Shown here piece after piece: positions 50,528 through 59,956 of a stretch of 64,000 nt of DNA. The stretch comes from Planctomycetota bacterium (GTDB lineage: Bacteria; Planctomycetota; Phycisphaerae; WQYP01). The stretch spans positions 23,185 to 87,184 of the forward strand of contig JAKAVA010000055.1 in the NCBI GenBank assembly GCA_021827645.1. Reading direction: 5' to 3'. Every line of letters begins with the position of its first letter. The stretch's first letter is position 1. A program made the position numbers and the translations under genes. The notes under the pieces are model-generated. The model was not told where the DNA came from, made no database searches, and saw only the letters and a program-made list of their open reading frames with translations.

Positions 50528-52075
50528 TCATAAGTCGCACCCGCAATAGGATAAGCTGAAACTTTTATTACAAAGTGGAAAGTCTGATATCTGTCCTCCC
50601 CGCATCGCCATGGCCAGGCCAAACCAGTTGTGGATCGACGGATCGGTGATGTTGTAATGTTCAAAGCGGCCGTCTGCATCGGTTAACACTGCGTGACACA
50701 GCTCGCCACGCCATGACTCCTGCAGGCTTACGGCAAACATGTCGGCTCCCAGGGCGGCGAACGGAGTGAAAGTATCACCCGACGGCAGAGATTGGAGTTG
50801 TTCACGAACAAAAGCGATGGAGTGTTGAATTTCCAGCCCACGAACATATGCCCTGGACAGCACATCGCCACCTTGGGCCGTCACCACAGGCAGATGCGTA
50901 AAGCGATATATTCCGCTCGGGTGATCGCGGCGGCTGTCCATATCAATACCACAGGCCCGTGCGGCTACACCGACCACACCGAGCTCTAACGCTGTTTTCC
51001 GCGGCAGGATGCCGGTGTGTTCAAACCGGGCGGTGACCGAAGGGGTGTTCCATAAAAGTTCAACAGCCGGCAGAAGGTTTTGCTGCGCATCAGCAAGTCT
51101 GCGGAGCAACTCAGCTCTGAGTTGATCATCGATATCAAAACCGGTTCCTCCAACTTTCACCAGCCCCCGTCCAAATCGGTTGCCGCAGAGCATCGCCGTC
51201 ATATTGAGAAAATCGCCGCGAATACGGCCGCAGTAGGATGCAGTCGGAAGAAATGCGGCATCTTTGGCCAGACCACCCAGGTCGCCGACATGGTTGGCGA
51301 TCCGCTCAAGCTCCAGAGCAATGCCTCGGATCGCGGCTGCCCGCGGACTCACCCGGCACGACGCCAAGGCCTCGACATTCTGGGCATAGGCGCATCCGTG
51401 GGCGATGGTTGAATCGCCGCAGAGCGTTTCGGCATAATGCCAGGAGCGTTTATTCGGCCCACCTTTCAGCGCCCGTTGTACCCCTCGATGCTGATATCCC
51501 AACGATATCTCCAGGTGCAGGATGGTTTCGCCGTCGCACTGGAATCGGAAATGTCCCGGTTCAATGACGCCGGCATGAATGGGCCCGACCGCCACCTCAT
51601 GCACCTGCCCGCCGTCAATGTGATAAAAATCCATGATCCCGACCTTATCATCCGCCCCGGCGAAAGGTGAACTGCGTTCGGCTCTCCGGTCCACGCTGCC
51701 AGGAAACGCCACCGGCTTGAGCCACGGGTGGCCATGCAGAGGAACCGCCAGATTTTCTGCGATCTGCCTCTCAAAGAGATGCATCTGAAAGCAGCGAGGG
51801 GTCAGGGACGGATAGCCGCTTCGGGGAGCTGAAGTAGCAGATATGTAGAGCCGCCCTGTGTGATCGTGCGCCAAAACCGCATATAACACTATTAACTCGT
51901 CACTTGTCGGATCGGGGAGCCCGAAGTGGGTTACCACACGGCAACCGTCTTTGGCGACAGCGTTGGCAATCGCGTCCTGAAACGCGGACATTGGAAGCAC
52001 GGGGATATCTGCCCGCAGCACGGCACGGCCGCCGGTGATCGCGAGCATGGTATCGCGGTATGCGGGGGTGTTCAT
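50528..52075 (-). CDS. Fused NuoC-NuoD / HycE-like large subunit lacking Ni-Fe ligands (Ehr-type)
   Basis: NuoC-like N-terminal part and NuoD / [NiFe]-large-subunit fold (GPIHAGVIEPGHFRF). The L1 position reads ETLCGDSTIAH (RxCGxCxxxH with the second Cys changed to Ser). The L2 position reads DPSIHNW (DPCxxC with both Cys lost). Confidence 0.8.
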   Translation of the reverse strand: MNTPAYRDTMLAITGGRAVLRADIPVLPMSAFQDAIANAVAKDGCRVVTHFGLPDPTSDELIVLYAVLAHDHTGRLYISATSAPRSGYPSLTPRCFQMHLFERQIAENLAVPLHGHPWLKPVAFPGSVDRRAERSSPFAGADDKVGIMDFYHIDGGQVHEVAVGPIHAGVIEPGHFRFQCDGETILHLEISLGYQHRGVQRALKGGPNKRSWHYAETLCGDSTIAHGCAYAQNVEALASCRVSPRAAAIRGIALELERIANHVGDLGGLAKDAAFLPTASYCGRIRGDFLNMTAMLCGNRFGRGLVKVGGTGFDIDDQLRAELLRRLADAQQNLLPAVELLWNTPSVTARFEHTGILPRKTALELGVVGVAARACGIDMDSRRDHPSGIYRFTHLPVVTAQGGDVLSRAYVRGLEIQHSIAFVREQLQSLPSGDTFTPFAALGADMFAVSLQESWRGELCHAVLTDADGRFEHYNITDPSIHNWFGLAMAMRGGQISDFPLCNKSFSLSYCGCDL

Positions 52076-53511
52076 GGAGATACCTCGATGTATCGCTGTG
52101 CCTGATGCAGGAGTTTAACCAACGGGGCTGGCACATGGAGCCCGAGCAGAAGGATCAGCGCCAGTAACATGAGCGGTGGGGCTACCGACAAAAAACTATC
52201 CCGAAACTGGGTATGGTAGAGGCGTCCGGGGAGCGGACGCCCCATGGTAACCGCCAGAACCGTCCGCCCCATCCCGAGAAATACCAGCAGCAGAAGGCCG
52301 ACGAAAGCCGCACCTAATAGAAAAAGATGGTCAACAAACGCTGCTTTCAGGATGGTAAATATGCCGACGAACGGCCCAAAAGGTGGCGATCCGGTGATGG
52401 CCAGAAATCCAATCATGAAGAGGGTTCCGGAAACAGGCTCTCGGCGGACGGCGCCGTGAACATCATCCGAGGATTTACTTCCATAGGCGCGATGAATATT
52501 CCCTGCCGATAGAAAGAGCATTCCCTTGGTAAGTCCATTATTGATCATCTGAAGCAGGGCACCATAGAGAGCGGGCCCGCCAATCCCGGCCCCCAGTGCC
52601 AGAATACCCATCTGCTCAACACTGGAATATGCCAGCATCCGCTTGAAATCTTTCTGTCCCATTAGAAAGACCGCCGCGACCGCCATCGAAAAGATACCGA
52701 TTGCAATAAGCAGATGGCCGGTGTAGGCACGCATGCCGGCTGCCACACAGACTCGCATGATTCGCAGGATGGCAAGAAAGGCGCAGCTCGTAAGAACACC
52801 CGCGAGTAGAGCACCAACGATGCCCGGCACTTCGCCATAGGCATCCGGCTTCCAGGTGTGCATGGGCGCCAAACCCATCTTAGTTCCGTATCCGATAAGC
52901 AGAAGCACAAATGCCATTTTCAACCAGACCGGATCTGCATCTCGGGCGTGGGCTAACAGTTGCGAAAAAAGCAGACCGGGTGTGTGATGATGAACCAGAA
53001 ACGCATAGACGAGAAAAAATGAACCAAGCAATGCTATTGCGATACCGACCGAGCAGATGAGCAGATATTTCCAGGTGGCTTCAATACTTTCCGGTGTGCG
53101 TCGGAAGTAAATCATGGGCGCGGTACACAAAGCAGTGGTCTCCATCGCAATCCAGATGAGCCCCAACTGCTGGGAACAGGTCATCAGCGTGGCACCGCCC
53201 AGAAAACCCAGCAGACAAGGAGCCAGCACGCGATTGAATCGCCCCGGCCATTGGCGCAGATAGCCGGTTCCATAGAGCGTACAGATGAAGAACAGAATAC
53301 TGGTGAGTAGCAGAACCAACTCACCGGGCGGGTCAAGACCTATCCAACCGCCGCAGATGGCTGGCGGCGGGTCGATCAGAATGGCAGCAGTGAGGAACAA
53401 ATGCGTAGCAGACGCTGCAAACACAATCCACGGTCTTAAACGGTCGGAATGGACGGCGGCGGCGGGCAGAGCGGCCAGGAAGGGGAGCAATATGATCGCG
53501 GCAAGCAGCAT
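52072..53511 (-). CDS. NuoN/NuoM/HyfF-like proton-pumping antiporter subunit
   Basis: ~14 TM helices. Mrp/complex-I antiporter-like conserved core. ATGA-type overlap with neighbours. Confidence 0.75.
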   Translation of the reverse strand: MLLAAIILLPFLAALPAAAVHSDRLRPWIVFAASATHLFLTAAILIDPPPAICGGWIGLDPPGELVLLLTSILFFICTLYGTGYLRQWPGRFNRVLAPCLLGFLGGATLMTCSQQLGLIWIAMETTALCTAPMIYFRRTPESIEATWKYLLICSVGIAIALLGSFFLVYAFLVHHHTPGLLFSQLLAHARDADPVWLKMAFVLLLIGYGTKMGLAPMHTWKPDAYGEVPGIVGALLAGVLTSCAFLAILRIMRVCVAAGMRAYTGHLLIAIGIFSMAVAAVFLMGQKDFKRMLAYSSVEQMGILALGAGIGGPALYGALLQMINNGLTKGMLFLSAGNIHRAYGSKSSDDVHGAVRREPVSGTLFMIGFLAITGSPPFGPFVGIFTILKAAFVDHLFLLGAAFVGLLLLVFLGMGRTVLAVTMGRPLPGRLYHTQFRDSFLSVAPPLMLLALILLLGLHVPAPLVKLLHQAQRYIEVSP

Positions 53512-53516
53512 GAAGT

Positions 53517-54164
53517 CTATTCCTTCAATGAAGTAAGCCTGCGAGTATCAAGCGAGGCAAAAGCGGAATGAATGTGATTGAGGATGATACAAACCACAAA
53601 AATCCCGACGAACAAATCCAGCAGGATGCCCAGTTCAACGAGAAAAGGGACCACCGCAAGCAGCAACATGCCGAAGATATAAATGCCGTTTTCAAGTATC
53701 AGGTAGCCGATGATCTGCGTCAGGGCCTTGAATCGCGTTGTCAGCAGAAGCAGTCCGGTCAGGATGGTGGACATGGATGCGGGAATGACCAGCAGAGATT
53801 TCGGATGATGCAGGCCAGATGCATGAATCGTCATCATCAGCGCTGCGGCCGTACCGGCGGCGCCGATGAGCATGCTGGGGATAAATCCGATCAGCGGCTC
53901 AACCTCATGTTTGATCCGGACGTCCCGCAACGCCTTGTCGAGCATTCGTGGTATGGTCCATCCCTTGATCCCAGCCGTAACCAGCGCCGTGATGAGAATC
54001 AGCGGGTCCACCTCTTTCACAAGCAGCAGGGGCAGGATGCTCAGCATGATCCCCTGCAGTGCGACCCCGGATATGAGTGATTTCATACGACTGACGCTCA
54101 GCAGGAAAAGATTCAGTAGCAGCACCATCGTCAGAATAGCATTAACCAGCCATGCCATCGCCAT
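53517..54164 (-). CDS. HyfE / MnhC-like small membrane subunit
   Basis: 215-aa polytopic membrane protein at the hyfE position of hyf/ehr-type operons. Confidence 0.5.
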   Translation of the reverse strand: MAMAWLVNAILTMVLLLNLFLLSVSRMKSLISGVALQGIMLSILPLLLVKEVDPLILITALVTAGIKGWTIPRMLDKALRDVRIKHEVEPLIGFIPSMLIGAAGTAAALMMTIHASGLHHPKSLLVIPASMSTILTGLLLLTTRFKALTQIIGYLILENGIYIFGMLLLAVVPFLVELGILLDLFVGIFVVCIILNHIHSAFASLDTRRLTSLKE

Positions 54165-55114
54165 TACCTCAACGCCAGAATAAAACCCAGGCCGCTGAGC
54201 ACGGCGGCGGCCGCCAGCAGCGTCGGAACATGGCGCAGCGGCAGGCGGGCCATTACCGATTCAATAATGCCGACAAGCACCGCCGTCGCAGATGCCTCCA
54301 AAATAAACAGCACCCAACTGAGGATGGGTATGCCGGTGTGCGGCGGGCCGATAAACAGCAGCACCAGATTGATCAGAATCAGCAACCGGAGACTGGAGGC
54401 GTACTGAACCGCCGCCAGCAGGGGACCGCTGTGATCCAGTACCATCACTTCATGGATCATGGTCAGTTCCAGATGTGTGTCGGGATCGTCGACCGGGACG
54501 CGGGACGTTTCCGCCAGCAGAAAGACAAACAGGCCAACGGCCGCCATGAGCCGTGGTCCGACCGAGCCCTGTTTGAAAGGTGCCAGCAGTAAGGTGTTGA
54601 GGCTCAGGCCGCTGGAAAACCGGATCATGATCAGCAGACTGAAAATAAGGGCGGCCTCGGAGACAACGGCAAAAGATACCTCTCGGGCAGCGCCCATCCC
54701 TTCAAAGGATGAGCCGGTATCCAGCGCCGCAGAGGTGGTAAAGAAGCGGGCCGCCGCGAACAGGTAAACAAATAATATGACATCACCGGCGAAATGGATT
54801 GGCGCCGGTGAGGAGCCGATGGGGATCAGTAATTCCACCGCGAGCATCGCTCCCACCGCAACGAGCGGACCGGCAAAGAATATCCATGTCGTTGTATTGC
54901 TGATGACAAGGGTTTTGCGGAGGAGTTTGAAGATATCCAGATATGGCTGCCGCAGGGGAGGGCCGCGCCGACCGGCCATCGCCGCTTTTACCTTGTTGAT
55001 GATGCCGGGAAATAGGGGCGCAATCGCCAGCGGAACTAGAAAATGCGTGGCGATGGAGAGGATGAGTTGCGGTGTCGTCGTGTGCAGCATGTCAGTGTCC
55101 CCATAGCCGGGCAA
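54164..55114 (-). CDS. NuoH / HycD-like membrane subunit
   Basis: N-terminal quinone-site-like region (LVPLAIAPLFPGIINKVKAAMAGRRGPPLRQPYLDIFKLLRK) and eight TM helices. Confidence 0.8.
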   Translation of the reverse strand: MPGYGDTDMLHTTTPQLILSIATHFLVPLAIAPLFPGIINKVKAAMAGRRGPPLRQPYLDIFKLLRKTLVISNTTTWIFFAGPLVAVGAMLAVELLIPIGSSPAPIHFAGDVILFVYLFAAARFFTTSAALDTGSSFEGMGAAREVSFAVVSEAALIFSLLIMIRFSSGLSLNTLLLAPFKQGSVGPRLMAAVGLFVFLLAETSRVPVDDPDTHLELTMIHEVMVLDHSGPLLAAVQYASSLRLLILINLVLLFIGPPHTGIPILSWVLFILEASATAVLVGIIESVMARLPLRHVPTLLAAAAVLSGLGFILALR

Positions 55115-57110
55115 AGAGGTTGCCGAACGGAATCAAGGCCAGCAGCACGACCACTGCCGCCAGCATGTAGAAGAGATATTGCTGCACGCTCCCTTGCTGC
55201 AGCCACCGAATCGGTCGTGTGCCGAGTTTGATGTAGTGCCAGAGCGTATGTGTTGCCCGGTCCGTTATGAAAGGGGGTATCTCCGTTTCATATTCGATGG
55301 GCTTGGGAAATAATCCGATGGGAGTTTTGCCGTGCGCAAGGGGCCGAAGCACCCAGCTCCAGAGGCCCACCAAAATGCCGGCGAACGATGTGCCTGTATA
55401 TTGCATGCGGCTTCCAGTGGCCGAATATCCACAGCCCCACGTGGGTGCGCTGGCGACGGGGATAAATCTCCGCGAGATTCGGACAAGGTAAAAAATGGCA
55501 ACGGCCACGACGACCATGCTGAAATTCAGCACGGTAAGCGTCCCCCATGGAAAAGCCCGGATCAGCATGCCCTGCACGTGAGCACGGCCCATCCACACCG
55601 CAGCGGCATGGCTCAGCGGAACCAGCACCACCAGAGGAAACACCCCCACGAGCCCGCAGAGCCCCGCAAGCAGAAGCATCGGTGCAATCATGCTGCCCGG
55701 GGATTCATGCACCTTGGCGGCACGCTCTGTGCGCGGCGAACCCAGAAACACAACCCCGTATACTTTCACAAAGCAAGCCACAGCCAAACTTCCAACCACT
55801 GCAAGAATGACGGCGTCGGCCGAGATCAGTGCCCAGATTCCCGAATCCTTTCCCGCAGTTGGATGGAAGAGCCCCAGATAGACGAGCAGTTCGCTGACGA
55901 ACCCGTTGAGCGGGGGCAGCCCGCAGATGGCCAAGGCTCCAACCAGAAAGAGATTACTGCTCCAGGCCATATGCCGCGCCAGTCCGCCCAGCGCATCGAT
56001 CTGCCGCGTTCGCGCTGCAGAAATGACCGAACCGGCTGAAAAAAACAGAAGCGATTTAAAGAGTGCGTGATTCCAGACATGCAGGAGACATCCGGCAATT
56101 CCCAGCACTTCCCAGACCGGGTGATCGGTTGCGGCTCCGATCATCGCCACGCCCAATCCCATGAGAATAATGCCAATGTTTTCAATGCTGTGATACGCCA
56201 GCAGTCTTTTCATATCATGCTGCCCCAGAGCGTAGACGACGCCCAGCAGTGCATTGATGGAGCCGAGAATCAGAACCATCACACCCCAGAGGGCGGGGGG
56301 GTGCGGCAGTAACGTCAGAATTCTCAGCAATCCATAGATGCCGATTTTCAGCAGAACGCCGGAAAGCAGGGCGGAAATATGGCTGGGTGCCTGGGCATGT
56401 GCCCCGGGCAGCCAGAAATGCAGCGGCATAATACCAGCCTTAAGCCCGAAGCCGACAAGGGCCAGCAGGAATAGAGCAGTTTCAATCTTCCATCCTGCTG
56501 CAGCCGGTAAGGGGACCAGCAGAAAACTGCCCGAGGCGGCGTGCAGAAGCGCGAATAATGCCATGAGCAAAAGTGTGGCAAGATGGGTGGCAACAAAATA
56601 AATCCAAGCCGCCTGTCGACACGCCGGATTCTGATCCTCGGTCGCAATCAGAAAAAAGCTCGCCAGTGCCATGATTTCCCATGCCATGATGAACGCCAAA
56701 CCGTCATCGGCAACCGTTACCAGCACCATGCCGGCAACGAACAGTCCGTAAAAAAAACGCAACCGGCGCCCGGTGCGAGGATGCCGACGCTCATTCCAAT
56801 ATCCCTGCCCGTAAACAGATCCGGCTGCGGCCATCACAAAGACCGGCAGTGCAAAAAAAGCGGAAAGCGGATCAAGGCGGAAATGGAGCGGCCAGTTGGG
56901 ATACACCGCCCGTACGGTCAATACGGGTGCCGGCCCATTTAAAAAGAGCAGTACGTCGAGACAGACCGCCGCACCTAAGGCGCCGCCAAGACAGGTGAGT
57001 GCGGTTGCAGACATTTGTCCCCACGAGGCTCGAGCTTTTGCCGCCAGTCCAAGTGTTCCGGCGACCATGAGCAGCAATGCCGCACCCAAGAGTAAAATCA
57101 ATGGAAACAT
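55092..57110 (-). CDS. NuoL / HyfB-like antiporter subunit
   Basis: 672-aa, ~16 TM helices, conserved NuoL-family core (WLPGAHAQAPSHISALL...). Confidence 0.8.
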   Translation of the reverse strand: MFPLILLLGAALLLMVAGTLGLAAKARASWGQMSATALTCLGGALGAAVCLDVLLFLNGPAPVLTVRAVYPNWPLHFRLDPLSAFFALPVFVMAAAGSVYGQGYWNERRHPRTGRRLRFFYGLFVAGMVLVTVADDGLAFIMAWEIMALASFFLIATEDQNPACRQAAWIYFVATHLATLLLMALFALLHAASGSFLLVPLPAAAGWKIETALFLLALVGFGLKAGIMPLHFWLPGAHAQAPSHISALLSGVLLKIGIYGLLRILTLLPHPPALWGVMVLILGSINALLGVVYALGQHDMKRLLAYHSIENIGIILMGLGVAMIGAATDHPVWEVLGIAGCLLHVWNHALFKSLLFFSAGSVISAARTRQIDALGGLARHMAWSSNLFLVGALAICGLPPLNGFVSELLVYLGLFHPTAGKDSGIWALISADAVILAVVGSLAVACFVKVYGVVFLGSPRTERAAKVHESPGSMIAPMLLLAGLCGLVGVFPLVVLVPLSHAAAVWMGRAHVQGMLIRAFPWGTLTVLNFSMVVVAVAIFYLVRISRRFIPVASAPTWGCGYSATGSRMQYTGTSFAGILVGLWSWVLRPLAHGKTPIGLFPKPIEYETEIPPFITDRATHTLWHYIKLGTRPIRWLQQGSVQQYLFYMLAAVVVLLALIPFGNLFARLWGH

Positions 57111-57116
57111 CTTGAC

Positions 57117-57836
57117 CTATCGCCTTACGTTCGATGCTATCGGTGCGGCTGAGGAAGGAATTTCCGCCTCCGCCAGAACCAGCGCATCCAGCAGGCCCTC
57201 GCGGGAAATCTGATCCAGTACAGCACGGCGAAAAAAGCCGTTCCGCAGGACAAAACCCAAGCGGGACAGAAGATGAAGATGCGCCCGTACCGTCGGGCTT
57301 ACGAGTGTGAATAACGTGGTGACGGGTCGTTGATCCATGGCGCCGAACTCAATCGGGTTCTCCAGAAAGCACAGCGCAACCAGCGGCCGCGAAAGGTGCA
57401 AAACGACAGGATTGCGGACATGTGGAATGGCAATACCGTCACCGATTGCCGTGGAGCCCAGCATTTCACGTGCGAGCAGAACCTGGTAGAGAAATTCTCG
57501 ATCAACCTCATCGGGAAGATTCATAATGTCGACCACCGCCCGGAGCACCTCTTCGCGATTGGTGCCGCCGACGCGGTAATGCACGCCGCCAGCGCGAAGG
57601 GCATCGGTCAAAGTTGGAAGGGGGGAATCTCCCCCTTCCGGCTCCTGAAATATTTCCGGCGAGACGTTAAGCCGATGGGATGTAGCCCACTCCAGGAGTT
57701 CAGCACGGTTGAAACGATATTGATCACTCACCTGGTAGGCTGGGATGGAGCCATTTTTGATCCACCGGTAAATGCTCTTTTCCGACACATTCAGCAATCT
57801 CGCAGCATCTTTGACGGTCAGTTTCACGGCGATCAT
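57117..57836 (-). CDS. HTH_17 (excisionase/MerR-like) DNA-binding domain fused to PTS EIIA type-2 (EIIA-Ntr-like) domain
   Basis: N-terminal HTH (LTVKDAARLLNVSEKSIYRWIKNGSIPAYQV), C-terminal EIIA-2 domain with phosphorylatable His motif GIAIPHV. First gene of the Ehr-like operon, 6 bp before the NuoL-like gene. Real start may be the GTG at 57827 (AGGAG 9 nt upstream). Confidence 0.7.
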   Translation of the reverse strand: MIAVKLTVKDAARLLNVSEKSIYRWIKNGSIPAYQVSDQYRFNRAELLEWATSHRLNVSPEIFQEPEGGDSPLPTLTDALRAGGVHYRVGGTNREEVLRAVVDIMNLPDEVDREFLYQVLLAREMLGSTAIGDGIAIPHVRNPVVLHLSRPLVALCFLENPIEFGAMDQRPVTTLFTLVSPTVRAHLHLLSRLGFVLRNGFFRRAVLDQISREGLLDALVLAEAEIPSSAAPIASNVRR

Positions 57837-57845
57837 CTCCTACAG

Positions 57846-57886
57846 AAATGTCCATATATTACTCAAAATGTCCATAAATGTCCAAC
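57846..57886. promoter_or_regulatory. Triple direct repeat AAATGTCCA (TGGACATTT on minus strand) upstream of the regulator / Ehr operon
   Basis: Seen directly: ATGTCCA at 57848-57854, 57868-57874 and 57878-57884, i.e. spaced 20 and 10 bp apart in phase with the helical repeat, 10-50 bp upstream of the first minus-strand start codon. Confidence 0.35.
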
Positions 57887-58039
57887 GATAAGAAACAATT
57901 AGAAAGTACGCCGATGCGGTGGATATTCTTAGGTGTTTTGCCGGTATTTACGTATTCGCAAATATATATGATATATTCGCGTTTATCAATGTTTTAAGAA
58001 CAGTGGTTCTGGTAGTCTGGTAAGACGATATGACGCGTG

Positions 58040-58462
58040 TCATTTCCCAAGTTGGTTGAAAATATCCTTCAGGGCACAGGTTGCCGCGAGTACTGCAGGA
58101 AACCCCGCATACAGCGCGCAGTGTTCGGTGATGCCGATGATTTCTTCTCTGGTGATTCCGAGTTTCAGCGCGGCGCGGACATGCGATTGAAATTCGCGTC
58201 CCAGATGCCCAAGACATATCAGGGCGGTAAGGGTGGAGATCTGACGAGATCGTGCGTCAATTTTTGGACTCTGGTAAACGGTACCGTAGCCGAACTCAAT
58301 AATCCATTTTTTCAGTTCGGGATTGATCTCATCCAGCGACGAGAGAACCTCAACCCCAAAGTCACCATGAAGTTGCCGGAGCCTGTTTTGCCCTGATTGC
58401 GTTTTTTTCTTTCGGCCTGCGGTGGGATTTTTTCGATGTGGAAGCGGTGCACTTTTTGCCAA
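58040..58462 (-). CDS. Carboxymuconolactone decarboxylase (AhpD-like) family protein
   Basis: CMD-family core including the conserved EIIGITEHCALYAGFP helix with Cys-x-x-x-His. Lys/Arg-rich N-terminus makes the true start uncertain. Confidence 0.65.
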   Translation of the reverse strand: MAKSAPLPHRKNPTAGRKKKTQSGQNRLRQLHGDFGVEVLSSLDEINPELKKWIIEFGYGTVYQSPKIDARSRQISTLTALICLGHLGREFQSHVRAALKLGITREEIIGITEHCALYAGFPAVLAATCALKDIFNQLGK

Positions 58463-58543
58463 AATTCATTCCTTTATCACGAGCGGATTGCCGCAGGACT
58501 CATGGAGGCTGAGACCCCCTCGTAGAAACGGTGGGCCCAGTCA

Positions 58544-59896
58544 TCAGTGTCTGGACTTTTGACGCAACCAGTTGGCAAGCGCCGACGGCCAATGCCGCAA
58601 CTGGTAAAGAAGCGATTCATAACGAATGCGATTTGAAATCTGCCGCAGATAGTGATCATCCGGTGCAATATCCAGTGCTTCGCCAAGCCAATAGCGGGCA
58701 CGGGCAAAATCTCGTCGATTCAGATAAGCCATCGCCAGATTGGACATGGCCAGAACGTGCTTCGGCTGGATTTTGAGCGTCTCTTTGCATTCCTTGATTC
58801 CCGCATCCATATCCCCACTGATCAGACACGCGACAGCGAGTCCGTGGTGCGCATCGGCATTCGTATCTGAATTTTTCAATACGCGGCGCATGGCCAATTT
58901 GGCGGCCTCCAATTGCCCCAGATCAATCAGCAAACTGCCGAGTTCAAGCAATGTGTGGTCATCGATTTCAGGTTGTGCGAGTTCGCAGTTGGCGTGATAA
59001 AGCGTTTCGGCCCGATTCTTGGCGCGATGGTAGAGTTGCGCCATCTTCAGATGGGCGCCGACGAATTGCGGATCGTGCCTGAGGACAAACTTGAATCGAT
59101 CCAGCGCGAGCCGCGAATCTCCCTCCAGTTGCGCCAGAACTCCCAACTGGAAGTGAGCGGAGCAGTTTTCCGGATCCAGATCCAGTACTTGGCGGAATTT
59201 TTCCGCCGCTGACCCGTTGTTACCCATTTCCATCAGCAGTTCGCCGAGATCGAGCAGGGTATCGATATTCCCGGGGTCTGACCGCAGTTCTTCCATCAGA
59301 TGGCGGCGAGCTTCCGAGTGTTGGTTCTTAGCCCAGTAAACATCGGCAATTCGAGCGTGCACCTGGGGATAGTCCGCATCGATTTCAAGCACCTGCTGCC
59401 AGCACCACAGCGCCCGGTCATAGCGACCGCGGGCGTAGAGCGACACGCCGATGTTGTATAGGCATACCGGGCATTTTTCCTTGTATTGTCGGGCGATATA
59501 GAACATTTCCTCTGCCCGGTCATGTTCGTCAAGTTCGGTATACGCCACGATCCGATTGCAGTAGCTGGATTCATAATTCGGATCGATCGCCTCAACACGC
59601 TCAAAATAACTGATCGCATCACGGTAGCGTTCCAGACGATTGCAATTGGTGCCCGCGGCACTGAGCGATTCAATGTCCTGCGGATCAATCTCCAGCGCCC
59701 GACGGTAGGCGTCGAGTGCTTCTTCATGGCGTTCCATCATGTCAAGCGTCAGGCCCAGATTGAAGTACCAAGCACCCATGTGGGGATTAATTTCGATGGC
59801 TCGTTTTAATTCAAAAAGCGCTTCTTCCCACTTGCCACGTTCATACAGGTCGTGGGCTCGTTCTATGCGCCGTTCTGCTTCCTGCCAGTCACTCAT
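58544..59896 (-). CDS. TPR-repeat protein
   Basis: About 11 tetratricopeptide repeats throughout (W..A...Y..G.Y..A...F..AL...P). Confidence 0.75.
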   Translation of the reverse strand: MSDWQEAERRIERAHDLYERGKWEEALFELKRAIEINPHMGAWYFNLGLTLDMMERHEEALDAYRRALEIDPQDIESLSAAGTNCNRLERYRDAISYFERVEAIDPNYESSYCNRIVAYTELDEHDRAEEMFYIARQYKEKCPVCLYNIGVSLYARGRYDRALWCWQQVLEIDADYPQVHARIADVYWAKNQHSEARRHLMEELRSDPGNIDTLLDLGELLMEMGNNGSAAEKFRQVLDLDPENCSAHFQLGVLAQLEGDSRLALDRFKFVLRHDPQFVGAHLKMAQLYHRAKNRAETLYHANCELAQPEIDDHTLLELGSLLIDLGQLEAAKLAMRRVLKNSDTNADAHHGLAVACLISGDMDAGIKECKETLKIQPKHVLAMSNLAMAYLNRRDFARARYWLGEALDIAPDDHYLRQISNRIRYESLLYQLRHWPSALANWLRQKSRH

Positions 59897-59956
59897 CCGG
59901 AGAGAGCTCCAAAACTATCTACCATGCTAGCAGACGGAGCATGGCAATCCAAGTGG

